Shown here piece by piece: positions 26,916 through 37,200 of a DNA stretch of 39,173 nt. The position numbers were made by a program, and so were the translations under genes. Positions within the stretch are counted from its first letter, which is position 1; each line of letters starts with the position of its first letter. The DNA lies in the sequence record SRR22947725_3569; one strand, given 5' to 3'. The notes beneath the pieces are model-generated. The model was given only the letters and a program-made list of their open reading frames with translations, had not been told where the DNA came from and did no database searches.

Positions 26916-28103
26916 TTAGCATCTTTTAATAATTCCTGCTGCCCCCATTCCGGTTCCAATACACATAGTCACCATACCATAATCAATCTTTTCTCTTTGC
27001 ATAGCTGAGATCAGTGTCGCAACTCTGATTGCTCCAGTAGCACCCAGGGGGTGCCCAAGTGCTATTGCTCCACCAAGCGGATTCACTTTTTCAGGGTCAA
27101 GATTCAATTCCTTAATGACAGCCAAGGATTGGGCAGCAAAAGCCTCATTAAGCTCTATCCAACCAATGTCATCAAGACTAAGATTCAAAGAATTAAGAAC
27201 CTTTGGAACTGCCTTGACTGGACCAATACCCATAATTTCTGCCGGAACACCTGCTACAGAAAAGCCCATAAATTCAGCCTTAGGCGTTAGATTATACTTT
27301 TCAACAGCCTCTTCACTGGCAACAAGAACAGCTGCGGCTGCATCTGACATTTGCGAACTGTTTCCTGCCGTAACTGAACCATCTTGTGCAAATACGGTTC
27401 TAAGCTTTGCTAGAATTTCTAGACTTGTATCTTTTCTGGGCCCTTCATCTTTAGAAACAAGATTGGTATTTTTTATATACTCATTAGATTTAACTGAATA
27501 GCTATCCTCGACAGTTGATATTGGAGCAATTTCATTCTCAAATAAGCCGTTATTATTTGCATGAATAGCTTTTTGGTGACTCTCATAAGCAAATTGGTCT
27601 TGGGCTTCTCTAGTGATACCATATTTCTGAACTACCTTCTCCGCTGTCAGCCCCATACCATAAGCAATAGAAATATTCTCATCAGACAAAATTTTAGGGT
27701 TCATTGAAGGCTTAAAGCCTGTCATCGGAACACTACTCATGCTTTCGACGCCAGCAGCAATGACCAGATCAGATGATCCAGATTTTACTAGGTCAGCAGC
27801 ATTAGATACGGATTGAAGCCCGGACGAGCAAAATCTATTTAATGTATAAGCAGGAGTCGAATCTGGCAGACCAGCAAGTAGTGTAGCAATTCGAGCAATA
27901 TTTAGTCCTTGGGGTCCCTCTGGCATGGCACAGCCAACAATAATATCGTCAATACTCTTGTTGATTTCTTCACTTGAATCTGATGCTTTAAGCACACTTT
28001 GTATGGCATGAACCAATAAGTCATCTGCTCTAGTTTTGGATAGTAATCCTCTGGCTTTTCCTACTGGAGTTCTTTTTGCATCAATAATATAAGCTTTTCT
28101 CAT
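26916..28103 (-). CDS. fadA: Acetyl-CoA C-acyltransferase (3-ketoacyl-CoA thiolase)
   Basis: NRFCSSGLQ, NEAFA, GGAIALGHPLGATG, MCIGTGMGAA; GGAG spacing favours second ATG (28103) over 28106. Confidence 0.92.
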   Translation of the reverse strand: MRKAYIIDAKRTPVGKARGLLSKTRADDLLVHAIQSVLKASDSSEEINKSIDDIIVGCAMPEGPQGLNIARIATLLAGLPDSTPAYTLNRFCSSGLQSVSNAADLVKSGSSDLVIAAGVESMSSVPMTGFKPSMNPKILSDENISIAYGMGLTAEKVVQKYGITREAQDQFAYESHQKAIHANNNGLFENEIAPISTVEDSYSVKSNEYIKNTNLVSKDEGPRKDTSLEILAKLRTVFAQDGSVTAGNSSQMSDAAAAVLVASEEAVEKYNLTPKAEFMGFSVAGVPAEIMGIGPVKAVPKVLNSLNLSLDDIGWIELNEAFAAQSLAVIKELNLDPEKVNPLGGAIALGHPLGATGAIRVATLISAMQREKIDYGMVTMCIGTGMGAAGIIKRC

Positions 28104-28115
28104 CATATTCTCCAG

Positions 28116-30554
28116 TTAATTGCGAAGGGGTTTACTATTTCGAAGCATAAACTCAATTCTGTCTTGAGTTTTCTGAGTACCCAAAAGCTCAACGAAGTAT
28201 TTTCTTTCAAGATCTAATATCATTTTTGAATTCACTACAGTGTTCTCCTCAACCAGAGAGCCTGTCATCACTTTGGCTAATGAAGAGATGCAATATTTAT
28301 CATGTTCGGACATAAAGTTTCCCTCAAAGAGGTTGGCAACTTGAGCCATGATGTTTGCATAACCAGCCTTACCAACTACTTTGAATGTGTCATCCAATGG
28401 AGATCTGAAGCCTGACTCTAGCATTGCTAAAGCTTGATTTTTTGCAACGTAAAGTAATTCATTTGGATTAGCAATAATGACATCTTCAGTCTTCAGGTAT
28501 CCCATTTCCTTTGCTTCCAGAGCGCTAGCAGAGACTTTTGCCATTGCAATCTGCTCAAAATGTTTAGATAACAGAGGAAATATATCATCAGACTCTTTAT
28601 TTAAATATGCCCTTAGCGCCATCTCCTTGCTACCACAACCAGCAGGAATTCCTCCAATACCAACTTCCACTAGACCGATATAAGAGTTCATTGAGGCAAC
28701 TACTCTATTGCAGTGAAGTAAAAGCTCACAGCCCCCTCCGAGAGCTAGCCCATCTACCGCAGCTATGGTTAATATTTTGCCATGTTTAAGACGCATCAAC
28801 AAATCTTGCAACATGCGGACCGTTTTTTTAATTGAGTATAGTTTTCCAAGTTTTGGGAGCTCAGGATGCATGACCTCAAAAGCCTTCTTTTTTGCCTTAG
28901 ATGACAGTCCAGGGTCCTTTTCAAGCAGACCAAGCTTAATTGCCGAAATAACCTCATAGAGGTTAGCGCCAGCACAAAAATGTTCTTGTTCCTGTTTAAA
29001 AATAAGGGCGTGAAAGCCATTGTTTTCCAGATAATCAAGGCATTCAGGTAATTCAGTTAATACACTGGAACTTAAAACATTCATTTTTGTCTTAAAAGAA
29101 ACGCTAGCAACACCGTCTCCTATGTCAATTAATTTAGTCGATTCACCATCTATCAAGATATCTAGATGGCCTTTCTTTTCTCCATTAAGGAGTGCTTTAT
29201 TTAATTGCCTTTCATAGACCGGATGAGAAGACCTCGGAATAAACTTATTCTTATTTGGATTAAATGCACCCTCGTCAGAATAGACAAAAGCTTGATCCAT
29301 GACCCATGCTGGCAAGGTTTGATTTGAAAGCGTTTTTCCATCCTGAATGTCTTGATTCAGTAACTCTCTTACCTCAGACCAACCAGTCACCTGAACTTGT
29401 TCAAAGATTCCTTTTTGCCAGGCAAATCCTGACTTCAATGCTAAATCAACACATCTTGCAGTTTCAGCAACATGCTCAAGATGATAGGCAGTGTAATGAA
29501 ATACATCTCGATGAACTGACCACAAGAATTGAGCTTGTGGATCATCACATTTAGAGAGCTCCAGAAGAGCATTTTCTATGGTTCTACTATCTTTTATTAT
29601 TTTCTTAACTTTGGGACTAATCGTTTTGTCAGAGAGCCTATATTCTCCGTCCTTAGGGTCAAAGACAAATATATCTTTACCAACTTTTTCATAGATTCCC
29701 TTTCGGGTTTTACTTCCTAACGAGCCCTTCTCAATTAAAGCCTCGATCCAATCTGGAAGTTGAAATAACTCAATCCAGGGATCATCTTTCGCATTTTCAT
29801 ATATATTTTTGACTACGTTAGCCATGACATCAAGGCCAACAACATCCAGGGTCCTAAAGGTAGCACTAGCAGGCCTTCCAATTCTCTTTCCAGTCAACGC
29901 ATCTACTGTGTCAGCAGAAAGGTTAAAGTTTTCTGCGTGCCTCAGAACTGCCATAAATGAGAAAACACCAATCCTATTGGCAACAAACGCAGGACTATCT
30001 TTTGCATAAACAACCTCCTTACCAAGTGCTGAAGTAATAAAACCCTCAGCCTTTATTAAAAGACTCTCGTCGCTATATGAGGTTCTAATGAGTTCAACCA
30101 GCGGCAAATATCTAGGAGGATTAAAGAAATGCACGCCAAAAATTCGACTCCTTAAACTATCGGGTGCTGCCTCAGCTATTTTTTGAATTGACAAACCAGA
30201 TGTATTCGTTACTAGAATGGCATTCTCATTAACATGTGGTGAAATTTGTTTAAAAAGCTTTTTTTTGATATCTAGATTTTCTACAATAGACTCTATGATG
30301 AAGTCACAACTTGATAATGCATCTAAATTTTCATAGGTTGATGTCTTAAGTAAGCCTGGAACTGAGGGACTTGCAAATGGCGTAGGCTTTAATTTCTTCA
30401 TCATTGCTATAGATTTTGATAGAGCTTCCTCACTGGTATCAAACATCAGAGTTTCAAAACCTAAATTGGCAAAGTGGACAGCAATTTGTCCACCCATTGT
30501 TCCAGAGCCTAATACAGCAATCTTAGTAAAGGCTTTATCAAAAAATTCTTTCAT
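28116..30554 (-). CDS. fadB: 3-hydroxyacyl-CoA dehydrogenase/enoyl-CoA hydratase, HAD-first (FadN-type) multifunctional enzyme
   Basis: GSGTMG, E..VENLDIK, NTSGL, HFFNPPRY, FVANRIG; C-terminal crotonase (FCAGANL, ALGGGCE, GLVEVG); ends KPLRN. Confidence 0.9.
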   Translation of the reverse strand: MKEFFDKAFTKIAVLGSGTMGGQIAVHFANLGFETLMFDTSEEALSKSIAMMKKLKPTPFASPSVPGLLKTSTYENLDALSSCDFIIESIVENLDIKKKLFKQISPHVNENAILVTNTSGLSIQKIAEAAPDSLRSRIFGVHFFNPPRYLPLVELIRTSYSDESLLIKAEGFITSALGKEVVYAKDSPAFVANRIGVFSFMAVLRHAENFNLSADTVDALTGKRIGRPASATFRTLDVVGLDVMANVVKNIYENAKDDPWIELFQLPDWIEALIEKGSLGSKTRKGIYEKVGKDIFVFDPKDGEYRLSDKTISPKVKKIIKDSRTIENALLELSKCDDPQAQFLWSVHRDVFHYTAYHLEHVAETARCVDLALKSGFAWQKGIFEQVQVTGWSEVRELLNQDIQDGKTLSNQTLPAWVMDQAFVYSDEGAFNPNKNKFIPRSSHPVYERQLNKALLNGEKKGHLDILIDGESTKLIDIGDGVASVSFKTKMNVLSSSVLTELPECLDYLENNGFHALIFKQEQEHFCAGANLYEVISAIKLGLLEKDPGLSSKAKKKAFEVMHPELPKLGKLYSIKKTVRMLQDLLMRLKHGKILTIAAVDGLALGGGCELLLHCNRVVASMNSYIGLVEVGIGGIPAGCGSKEMALRAYLNKESDDIFPLLSKHFEQIAMAKVSASALEAKEMGYLKTEDVIIANPNELLYVAKNQALAMLESGFRSPLDDTFKVVGKAGYANIMAQVANLFEGNFMSEHDKYCISSLAKVMTGSLVEENTVVNSKMILDLERKYFVELLGTQKTQDRIEFMLRNSKPLRN

Positions 30555-30569
30555 AGTTACCCCAAATCT

Positions 30570-33026
30570 TTATTTATCCAAACTCTCATAGTCATCAACT
30601 TTTAATGCCTCGAGAACTAAATCATTTAACCTTAACCAATTCTCTCGATCTTCTATTGTTAGGGTTTTATTATCAACAAGTCCTTGAAGCCAAAACTCCA
30701 ATGTAATGCTGGGCTGGTATTTGTACCCTGCTTTTTTTGACTTATCTCTTAAAATTTTTAATTCTTTTCCAGCTTCAAAGCCTTTGAAAAGAATGTTAAA
30801 AGGGTGATCAGGCTTGTCTTTAAGGTTAGCGCAAATGCATGTTGATAGGTTTTTTTCTATCCACTCAGTATCAAGAACAGCTCTTGAAGTATTAATAATC
30901 AGCTTGTCGTCGATTTTAGAAGCGGTAACTGAAAATGGAAAAAACAAAAGCCTTAACAACCATTTAGCCACTCTGTTGATTGGCATGCTTTCAATATTTA
31001 GAAGCATTGAAGTGTCTGCCTCTTGAATGAGTCTAAGAATTGAAAGCTTAAGTATGGTCTTTGCGTAATCATCATTCAGAAACTTCTCTTCATAAAGTTT
31101 TAAGCAAGAACTAATTTCGTACATTGCTGAAATCGAATCTGCAAACCTTCCCGATATCATTTCTTTTCTTTTAAGTGAGCCACCTAAGAGCAGAGAGGCA
31201 ATATCAGTTAAACAGGCAAACTTGGCTGACAATACAGAAAGATTACGATAATAGACTTTGGTAGTGTGGTCCCCATATGGTTTAGCTAGTCGTCCACGAG
31301 ACCATGAAAACAAAATTGCTCTGGCAATATTATTAATAAAACTGCCGACATGAATGACTAGTGCTTTGTCAAACCTTTTGATAGAGTCTTTGCTTTCATC
31401 ATGAAGTGCTCTCAACTCATCAAGCATTGTTTTATGACATCTAATTAGGCCTTGGCCAAAAATCATCAAGCTTCTTGTTAGAATGTTTGCCCCCTCAACT
31501 GTAATGGCAACGGGTGCACCTGAATAAACATTCGATACATAATTTCTCTTGCCCTCCATGACCGCTCTTCCGCCATGGACATCCATTGCATCGATTGAAG
31601 AGCTTTGAAGTAGCTGTGTATTTCTATATTTAACAATCGCAGAAATAATGGAAGGTCTGTGGCCTGCATCAAGAGCCCAAGTAGAGAGGTTTATATTTGC
31701 AGTTGCCCTAAATGCATTTGTTGCAAGATTTGAAAGCTTCTCCTGGATTCCCTCCATTTTTGCAATCGGTATTCCAAATTGTTCGCGCGTTTGTGAATAT
31801 GTGCTTGTTGTCAAAAGCATTGCTTGCGTAGCAGATGCACCTGTTACTGGAAGAGAAATTCCTCTGCCAACGCTGAGACACTCCATGAGCATTCTCCAAC
31901 CATGGCCAATCATCTTGTCACCACCAATGACCCAGTCCATTGGAATAAAGACATCCTTACCGAAGATGGGGCCATTTTGAAATGGCTCTCCTATTGGTTT
32001 ATGTCGGGTTCCTATACTTAGACCGTCCGTATTTCGTGGGATCAATGCGCAAGTAATCCCTAAGTCATTTTTTTTGTAAAGAGGGTGGTCATCTGCAAGC
32101 AAGTTATCAGGGTCATAGGCCTTAAAGGCCAAACCAATGACAGTAGCAATTGGGGCAAGAGTGATGTAGCGTTTTTCCCAATTCAGCCTTAATCCTAGTA
32201 CTTTTTTTCCATCAAACTGGCCATAGCAAACGATTCCATTATCAACTAAAGATCCAGCATCAGAACCTGCCACTGTTGATGTTAATCCAAAGCATGGGAT
32301 CTCTTTGCCTTTTGCAAGGCGGGGCAAGTAGTGTTGTTTTTGCTCCTCAGTGCCATATTTTAAAAGCAGTTCACCCGGTCCAAGAGAATTTGGAACCATG
32401 GCTGCAATTCCTAAAAATTGTGAGGCCGAAGAGAGCTTACCAACAATAATAGCATGGGCAAAGTGAGAGAAGCCTTTTCCATTAAACTCTTGAGGAATAA
32501 TTAAACCTAAAAATCCTTTGTCAAAAATGAACTTCCAGACTTCCTTAGGGAGATCGTTTGTTGATTGAATTTCATGAGAGTCGACCATCGCGCACAATGT
32601 CTCAACCTCATTATCAACAAAGCTTTGCTCCTCATCTGTCAACTGCGTAGCCTCTAGATCAGTTAATTCTTTCCAATTTGGATCACCTTGAAAGAGTTCT
32701 GCATCCCACCAAACGCTACCAGCCTCGAGGGCAATACTTTCTGTGACACCGATTGGCGGTAAAGATTTACGCATTACTTTGAAGAGGGGTTTGGAAAATA
32801 ATATCATCCTAATGTTTGGTACGATAAGTAGACCAATGACAAAAAGAATAAGGAGGAGGAATTGTGCTCCAAAGTGATTTGCAATGACAGCGCCTGGGTA
32901 GGTTAATCCTAAGGCCAGAAGCCATAGCTGCCACATCTTTATATTTGTCTTAACAAGAACCAACAGCATTAAGACTACAGATAAAAGAAAAGAGAGTAGT
33001 GAGTATTCAAATATTGTTTCAAGCAT
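30570..33026 (-). CDS. fadE: Membrane-anchored acyl-CoA dehydrogenase FadE
   Basis: N-terminal TM helices, ALEAG.VWW, MVPNSLGPGELL..YGT, AGSDAG, KRYITLAPIAT, ITVEGANILTR, GG.LKR.E..S.R. Confidence 0.93.
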   Translation of the reverse strand: MLETIFEYSLLSFLLSVVLMLLVLVKTNIKMWQLWLLALGLTYPGAVIANHFGAQFLLLILFVIGLLIVPNIRMILFSKPLFKVMRKSLPPIGVTESIALEAGSVWWDAELFQGDPNWKELTDLEATQLTDEEQSFVDNEVETLCAMVDSHEIQSTNDLPKEVWKFIFDKGFLGLIIPQEFNGKGFSHFAHAIIVGKLSSASQFLGIAAMVPNSLGPGELLLKYGTEEQKQHYLPRLAKGKEIPCFGLTSTVAGSDAGSLVDNGIVCYGQFDGKKVLGLRLNWEKRYITLAPIATVIGLAFKAYDPDNLLADDHPLYKKNDLGITCALIPRNTDGLSIGTRHKPIGEPFQNGPIFGKDVFIPMDWVIGGDKMIGHGWRMLMECLSVGRGISLPVTGASATQAMLLTTSTYSQTREQFGIPIAKMEGIQEKLSNLATNAFRATANINLSTWALDAGHRPSIISAIVKYRNTQLLQSSSIDAMDVHGGRAVMEGKRNYVSNVYSGAPVAITVEGANILTRSLMIFGQGLIRCHKTMLDELRALHDESKDSIKRFDKALVIHVGSFINNIARAILFSWSRGRLAKPYGDHTTKVYYRNLSVLSAKFACLTDIASLLLGGSLKRKEMISGRFADSISAMYEISSCLKLYEEKFLNDDYAKTILKLSILRLIQEADTSMLLNIESMPINRVAKWLLRLLFFPFSVTASKIDDKLIINTSRAVLDTEWIEKNLSTCICANLKDKPDHPFNILFKGFEAGKELKILRDKSKKAGYKYQPSITLEFWLQGLVDNKTLTIEDRENWLRLNDLVLEALKVDDYESLDK

Positions 33027-33122
33027 AAAAATTCCTGGTCAGCATGGATTAACTAACAACGCTACTAAGCATTTAGTGAGTTTATTAGTATAGATATAAA
33101 TATCAAATTATAGTTATCATAT

Positions 33123-33134
33123 TATTATATAATA
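33123..33134. promoter_or_regulatory. Palindromic double -10 element between fadE and AraC regulator
   Basis: TATTATATAATA perfect 12-bp palindrome containing TATAAT on both strands. Confidence 0.5.
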
Positions 33135-33191
33135 TTAACACTTTATTATAATTGATGCGTATTACTGTAACTTTATGTATTATCTACAATA

Positions 33192-34223
33192 ATGAATACT
33201 TTCAGCGGAGTCTGGAGGTGTATCCAAAGACTTCATCAAATTCACCCTTATGAGGTGGAGACAATATTCCAAAGGGTTGGAATAGAAAAGCGTTTATTAA
33301 CCAATCAAAATGTCTCAATACCTGTCGAAATACTCCTAAACTTTGTCATTGATGCCCAGACCGTTTTTAAAGACGAGCTAGTGTCAATTAATTTTGGACG
33401 GATGGCGCAAGTAAGGCCTAACTATGGAGAAGCATTTGGGTTAGTATTTGTGTACTCAAAAAATCTCCAACAAGGTTTAAAGCTTTTGCAATCCTTCATT
33501 AATACAGAATTAGAGGGTCTAAACTTTCTAATCATTGAAGAGAAAAACCACATTAAAATTCAATCTGTTGTTGACCCAAAAATAAAAAATCCGTCAATTT
33601 ATGAAAACCTTGGACTATCTATTCTTGCATCATTTATTAGGTCAAAACGATTTCAGATCAAACAAATTAATACTAAAACAGTCACTCAGATAGACGATAT
33701 TAAAGAAAAATCTGTATTTAACTGTCCGGTTTTTACATCCTGTGAAGAAACATCACTTTTAATTAGTAAAAAAAATTATCTTAAAAAAAATAGCCTCTCT
33801 AATCCTAATCTGGTTAATTATCTGAGCACTATTCTGGAGGCAAAAGCAAATAACATGACTTCAAAGATTAGTCTAACTGAGAAGGTTGAGAGACTCATGA
33901 ATAATTATGAAAATCATTTCAACTTAATCAATATTCAGGATGTATCAATCCATCTTGGATTAAGTACAAATTCTCTTCGCAATCAATTACTAAAGGAAAA
34001 TACAACTTTTCGAAAGGTGCTTAATAACTTTAAGCTTAGTAAATCAAAAAATCTATTAAATGGAGGATTCTCTGTAAAAGTGATTTCATATCAGCTAGGA
34101 TATGCTGATCCTTCATCGTTTGTCAGATGGTTTATCGGTCAAACGGATTTAACTCCATCTGCTTATAAGTTGTTATTTAAGGTTAAAGTGCTAGCAGATT
34201 TGCATTACCGCCAGAAGCAGTAG
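33192..34223 (+). CDS. AraC-family transcriptional regulator (long N-terminal ligand domain)
   Basis: C-terminal double HTH (DVSIHLGLS..SLR.QL.KENTTF; ISYQLGYADPSSFVRWF....TPSAYK), F.CPV segment; divergent from fad operon. Confidence 0.85.
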   Translation: MNTFSGVWRCIQRLHQIHPYEVETIFQRVGIEKRLLTNQNVSIPVEILLNFVIDAQTVFKDELVSINFGRMAQVRPNYGEAFGLVFVYSKNLQQGLKLLQSFINTELEGLNFLIIEEKNHIKIQSVVDPKIKNPSIYENLGLSILASFIRSKRFQIKQINTKTVTQIDDIKEKSVFNCPVFTSCEETSLLISKKNYLKKNSLSNPNLVNYLSTILEAKANNMTSKISLTEKVERLMNNYENHFNLINIQDVSIHLGLSTNSLRNQLLKENTTFRKVLNNFKLSKSKNLLNGGFSVKVISYQLGYADPSSFVRWFIGQTDLTPSAYKLLFKVKVLADLHYRQKQ

Positions 34224-37200
34224 TGTCTATTGTAATAACCTTCTCCTTGATTAACTCCCATGCCTCATAGATCGAACTTACCACTGGAATGAGTTCATTT
34301 CGAGAAGTAACAATCAGCTTATTGACTGAATTGTCATCACCAAAGTAAAGCACCGCGTTATAAGCATTACTTTCTATTAGACTTAAGCTGAGAGAATCAT
34401 TCAGTAGGGATATATTTTCTGTTTTGAAGCCTATTTCGACTAGGGACTCATATTCCTGCTTACTAATTTGGCTTATGACACAGTTGCCTAGGAAAAGTGA
34501 TAAAAGTGTCTGCATTAATGTGTCCTTGTGTTTAGGGCCTATACATAAAACGGTTCCTTTTGGTTTATAGATGAGTTGGTTTGATTCTCCTGAAGGTCCT
34601 GGTAGTTTGATGTCATGGCTATATCTAGAAACCTCTTGATCTAAAAATTCAAGGGCTTCAGCCGTTAGACTTGGGAACTTAGCTCTTAACAGTGAAAGAA
34701 TATCTTTACTTAACTGAAGAGTCGGATTGATAAGATTCTGAACCTCAAAGTGTTCTCGAGTAAAAGTCACTTTATGTTTAGATTGTTCACTACGCAACAT
34801 GTTGCTGCTATAACCATGCAAAGAGTTTGGCCCTCCTGCTTTTGGACCAGTCCCAGATAAACCTTCGCCTCCAAAGGGTTGAGAGCCAACTACAGCTCCA
34901 ATTTGATTTCGATTGATGTAGACATTACCTACATTTACTCTGGATGAAATCTCTTTGACCTTCTTATCTATTCTTGAGTGAATGCCAAAAGTTAGCCCAT
35001 ATCCTTTAGCATTGAGTTGGTCAATGATTGTTTCTAAGTCATCATTCTTATAAGAAATCACGTGCAGAATTGGACCAAAGAGCTCTTCATGAATATCCTC
35101 AATTGAATTAAGGCGAATCAAGGTAGGTGCAACAAAATGGCCGTTTTGAGGTTCAAAAACAAGCTCTTCAATAACCTGATTGTTTTGTCTTGCTTTTGTG
35201 ATGTATTTTTTGAGTTTAATTTGAGCAGCTGAATTGATGATTGGTCCGCAGTCTACATCAAGGTTTTTAGGGTTTCCAATACTAAGCTCCTTCATCGCTC
35301 CTACGATCATATTGATAGTATTTTCATAGCAGTCATCTTGAAGCAGTAGAATTCTCAGCGCTGAGCAGCGCTGACCAGCGCTCTTGAATGCGCCATCAAT
35401 AACGTCTCTTGTGACCTGTTCACATAATGCAGTAGAGTCAACCACCATGGCATTTAAACCTCCCGTTTCAGCAATGACTCTTGCCTCTGAGTTTCCATTT
35501 TCAATTAAGCTAATTTTGATTTCTTTCGCTACTTCGGTTGAGCCTGTGAAAGCAACTCCATCAATTAAATTGCTGCTTGATAGATAAGCGCCAGTCTGAG
35601 AACCTTTACCTAAACATAGCTGAAATCGTCCAATCGGAATGCCAGCCTCAATCAATAACTCACTTGCCCTATAGGCAATAAGGGACGTACTCTCTGCTGG
35701 CTTAGCAATGACAGAGTTTCCTGCAGAGAGTGCTGCAGCTATTTGTCCAGTAAAAATTGCTAATGGAAAATTCCATGGGCTAATGCAAACAAAAACTCCC
35801 CTGGCTTGTCTTTGCCTAGGCATCACTATTCTTGATAAATTTGCATAGTAACGTAAAAAATCAACTGCTTCTCTCACTTCATCTGTTGCATCTTGATAAG
35901 TTTTTCCAGCTTCTCGCATTGCAAGAGTCATTAATTCGTATTGATTTTCCTCATAGAGGTTAGCTGCTCTCTCTAAGCCCTGAAGGATCATTTCATGCTC
36001 GATCATATTTGAATCGAATGCATTTCTTGCAGATTCGAGTGATTGAGTAAGTTGGCCCTCATTCGCAAAAAGAACATGTCCAACAACGTCATCCTTTTCA
36101 GCTGGATTAGTTACCTCTTGATTCAAACCATCATTAATCTTCATTCCAGCAATGATTGATTTGGCTTGCCATTGTTTGCCAAGCCAAGGGCTTTGATTTT
36201 GGTACAGCTGATTAACCTCATCCTGTTCAGTTAGAATAACGCTACGTGAATTTTGACGATTATTTTTAAAGATGTCCTTTGGGAGTTGAATCTTGGAATG
36301 AGATTTCTCGGAATCCTCTTCTACAATTGTAAAGACATCACTGGCTAAAGTCTCAGGACTAATACTCTCATCAAACAAGTGATTAATGAACGAACTATTA
36401 GCTCCATTTTCCAGCAAGCGTCTCATTAAATAAGCCAGCAACTCTTTATGACTCCCTATAGGAGCATATACTCTTGAAGGAACTCCATATTTATTTGAAA
36501 TGGAATGATGCAAAGACTCACCCATTCCATGAAGCCTCTGAACCTCAAAGCCTTCATTATTACCTGCCATTTCGCATACACTGACCAGTGAGTGTGCATT
36601 ATGACTGGCAAATTGAGGGAAAAAATTCGCTCTCATTGCTAATAGTTTTTGAGAGCAGACCAAGAAAGAATAATCAGTATTTGTTTTTTTAGTGAATACA
36701 GGAAAGTCAACCTCGCCCAGAATTTGAGACTTCTTAATTTCACTATCCCAGTATGCCCCTTTCACCAGCCTTACCATTATTTTTAAGTTATGCTTATCAC
36801 AATTATCATTAAGCCAATCAATTACGAATGAAGCCCTTTTTTGGTATGACTGAACAACAACTCCAAACCCTTCCCAAGAGGAATTTGCAATTATTTTCAT
36901 GATGCTCTCAATCACATCTAATGAAATATCTAGACGATCAGCCTCTTCTGCATCAATATTGATTCCTATATTGTAATGTTTAGCAATTTCAACCAACTCA
37001 AGGACCTTGGGTAGTAATTCTGATATGACTCGCTGTTGGTGCATAAAGTCATACTTTGGGTGGAGTGCAGAGAGTTTGACTGAAATACCATTTGCATCAG
37101 TCACAGTTTTTGATGTGTTGCGCTTCCCAATTTCAATCAATGCATTTCTGTAGGCTTGAAAGTACTTATCAGCATCCTTCATTGTCCAAGCAGCTTCACC

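Noticed and set aside
27051-27501. 79-aa and 128-aa plus-strand ORFs
   Set aside because: Antisense shadows of the thiolase gene; the same applies to the other short ORFs nested in proV, SDR, ligase, TRAP, fadB, fadE and putA
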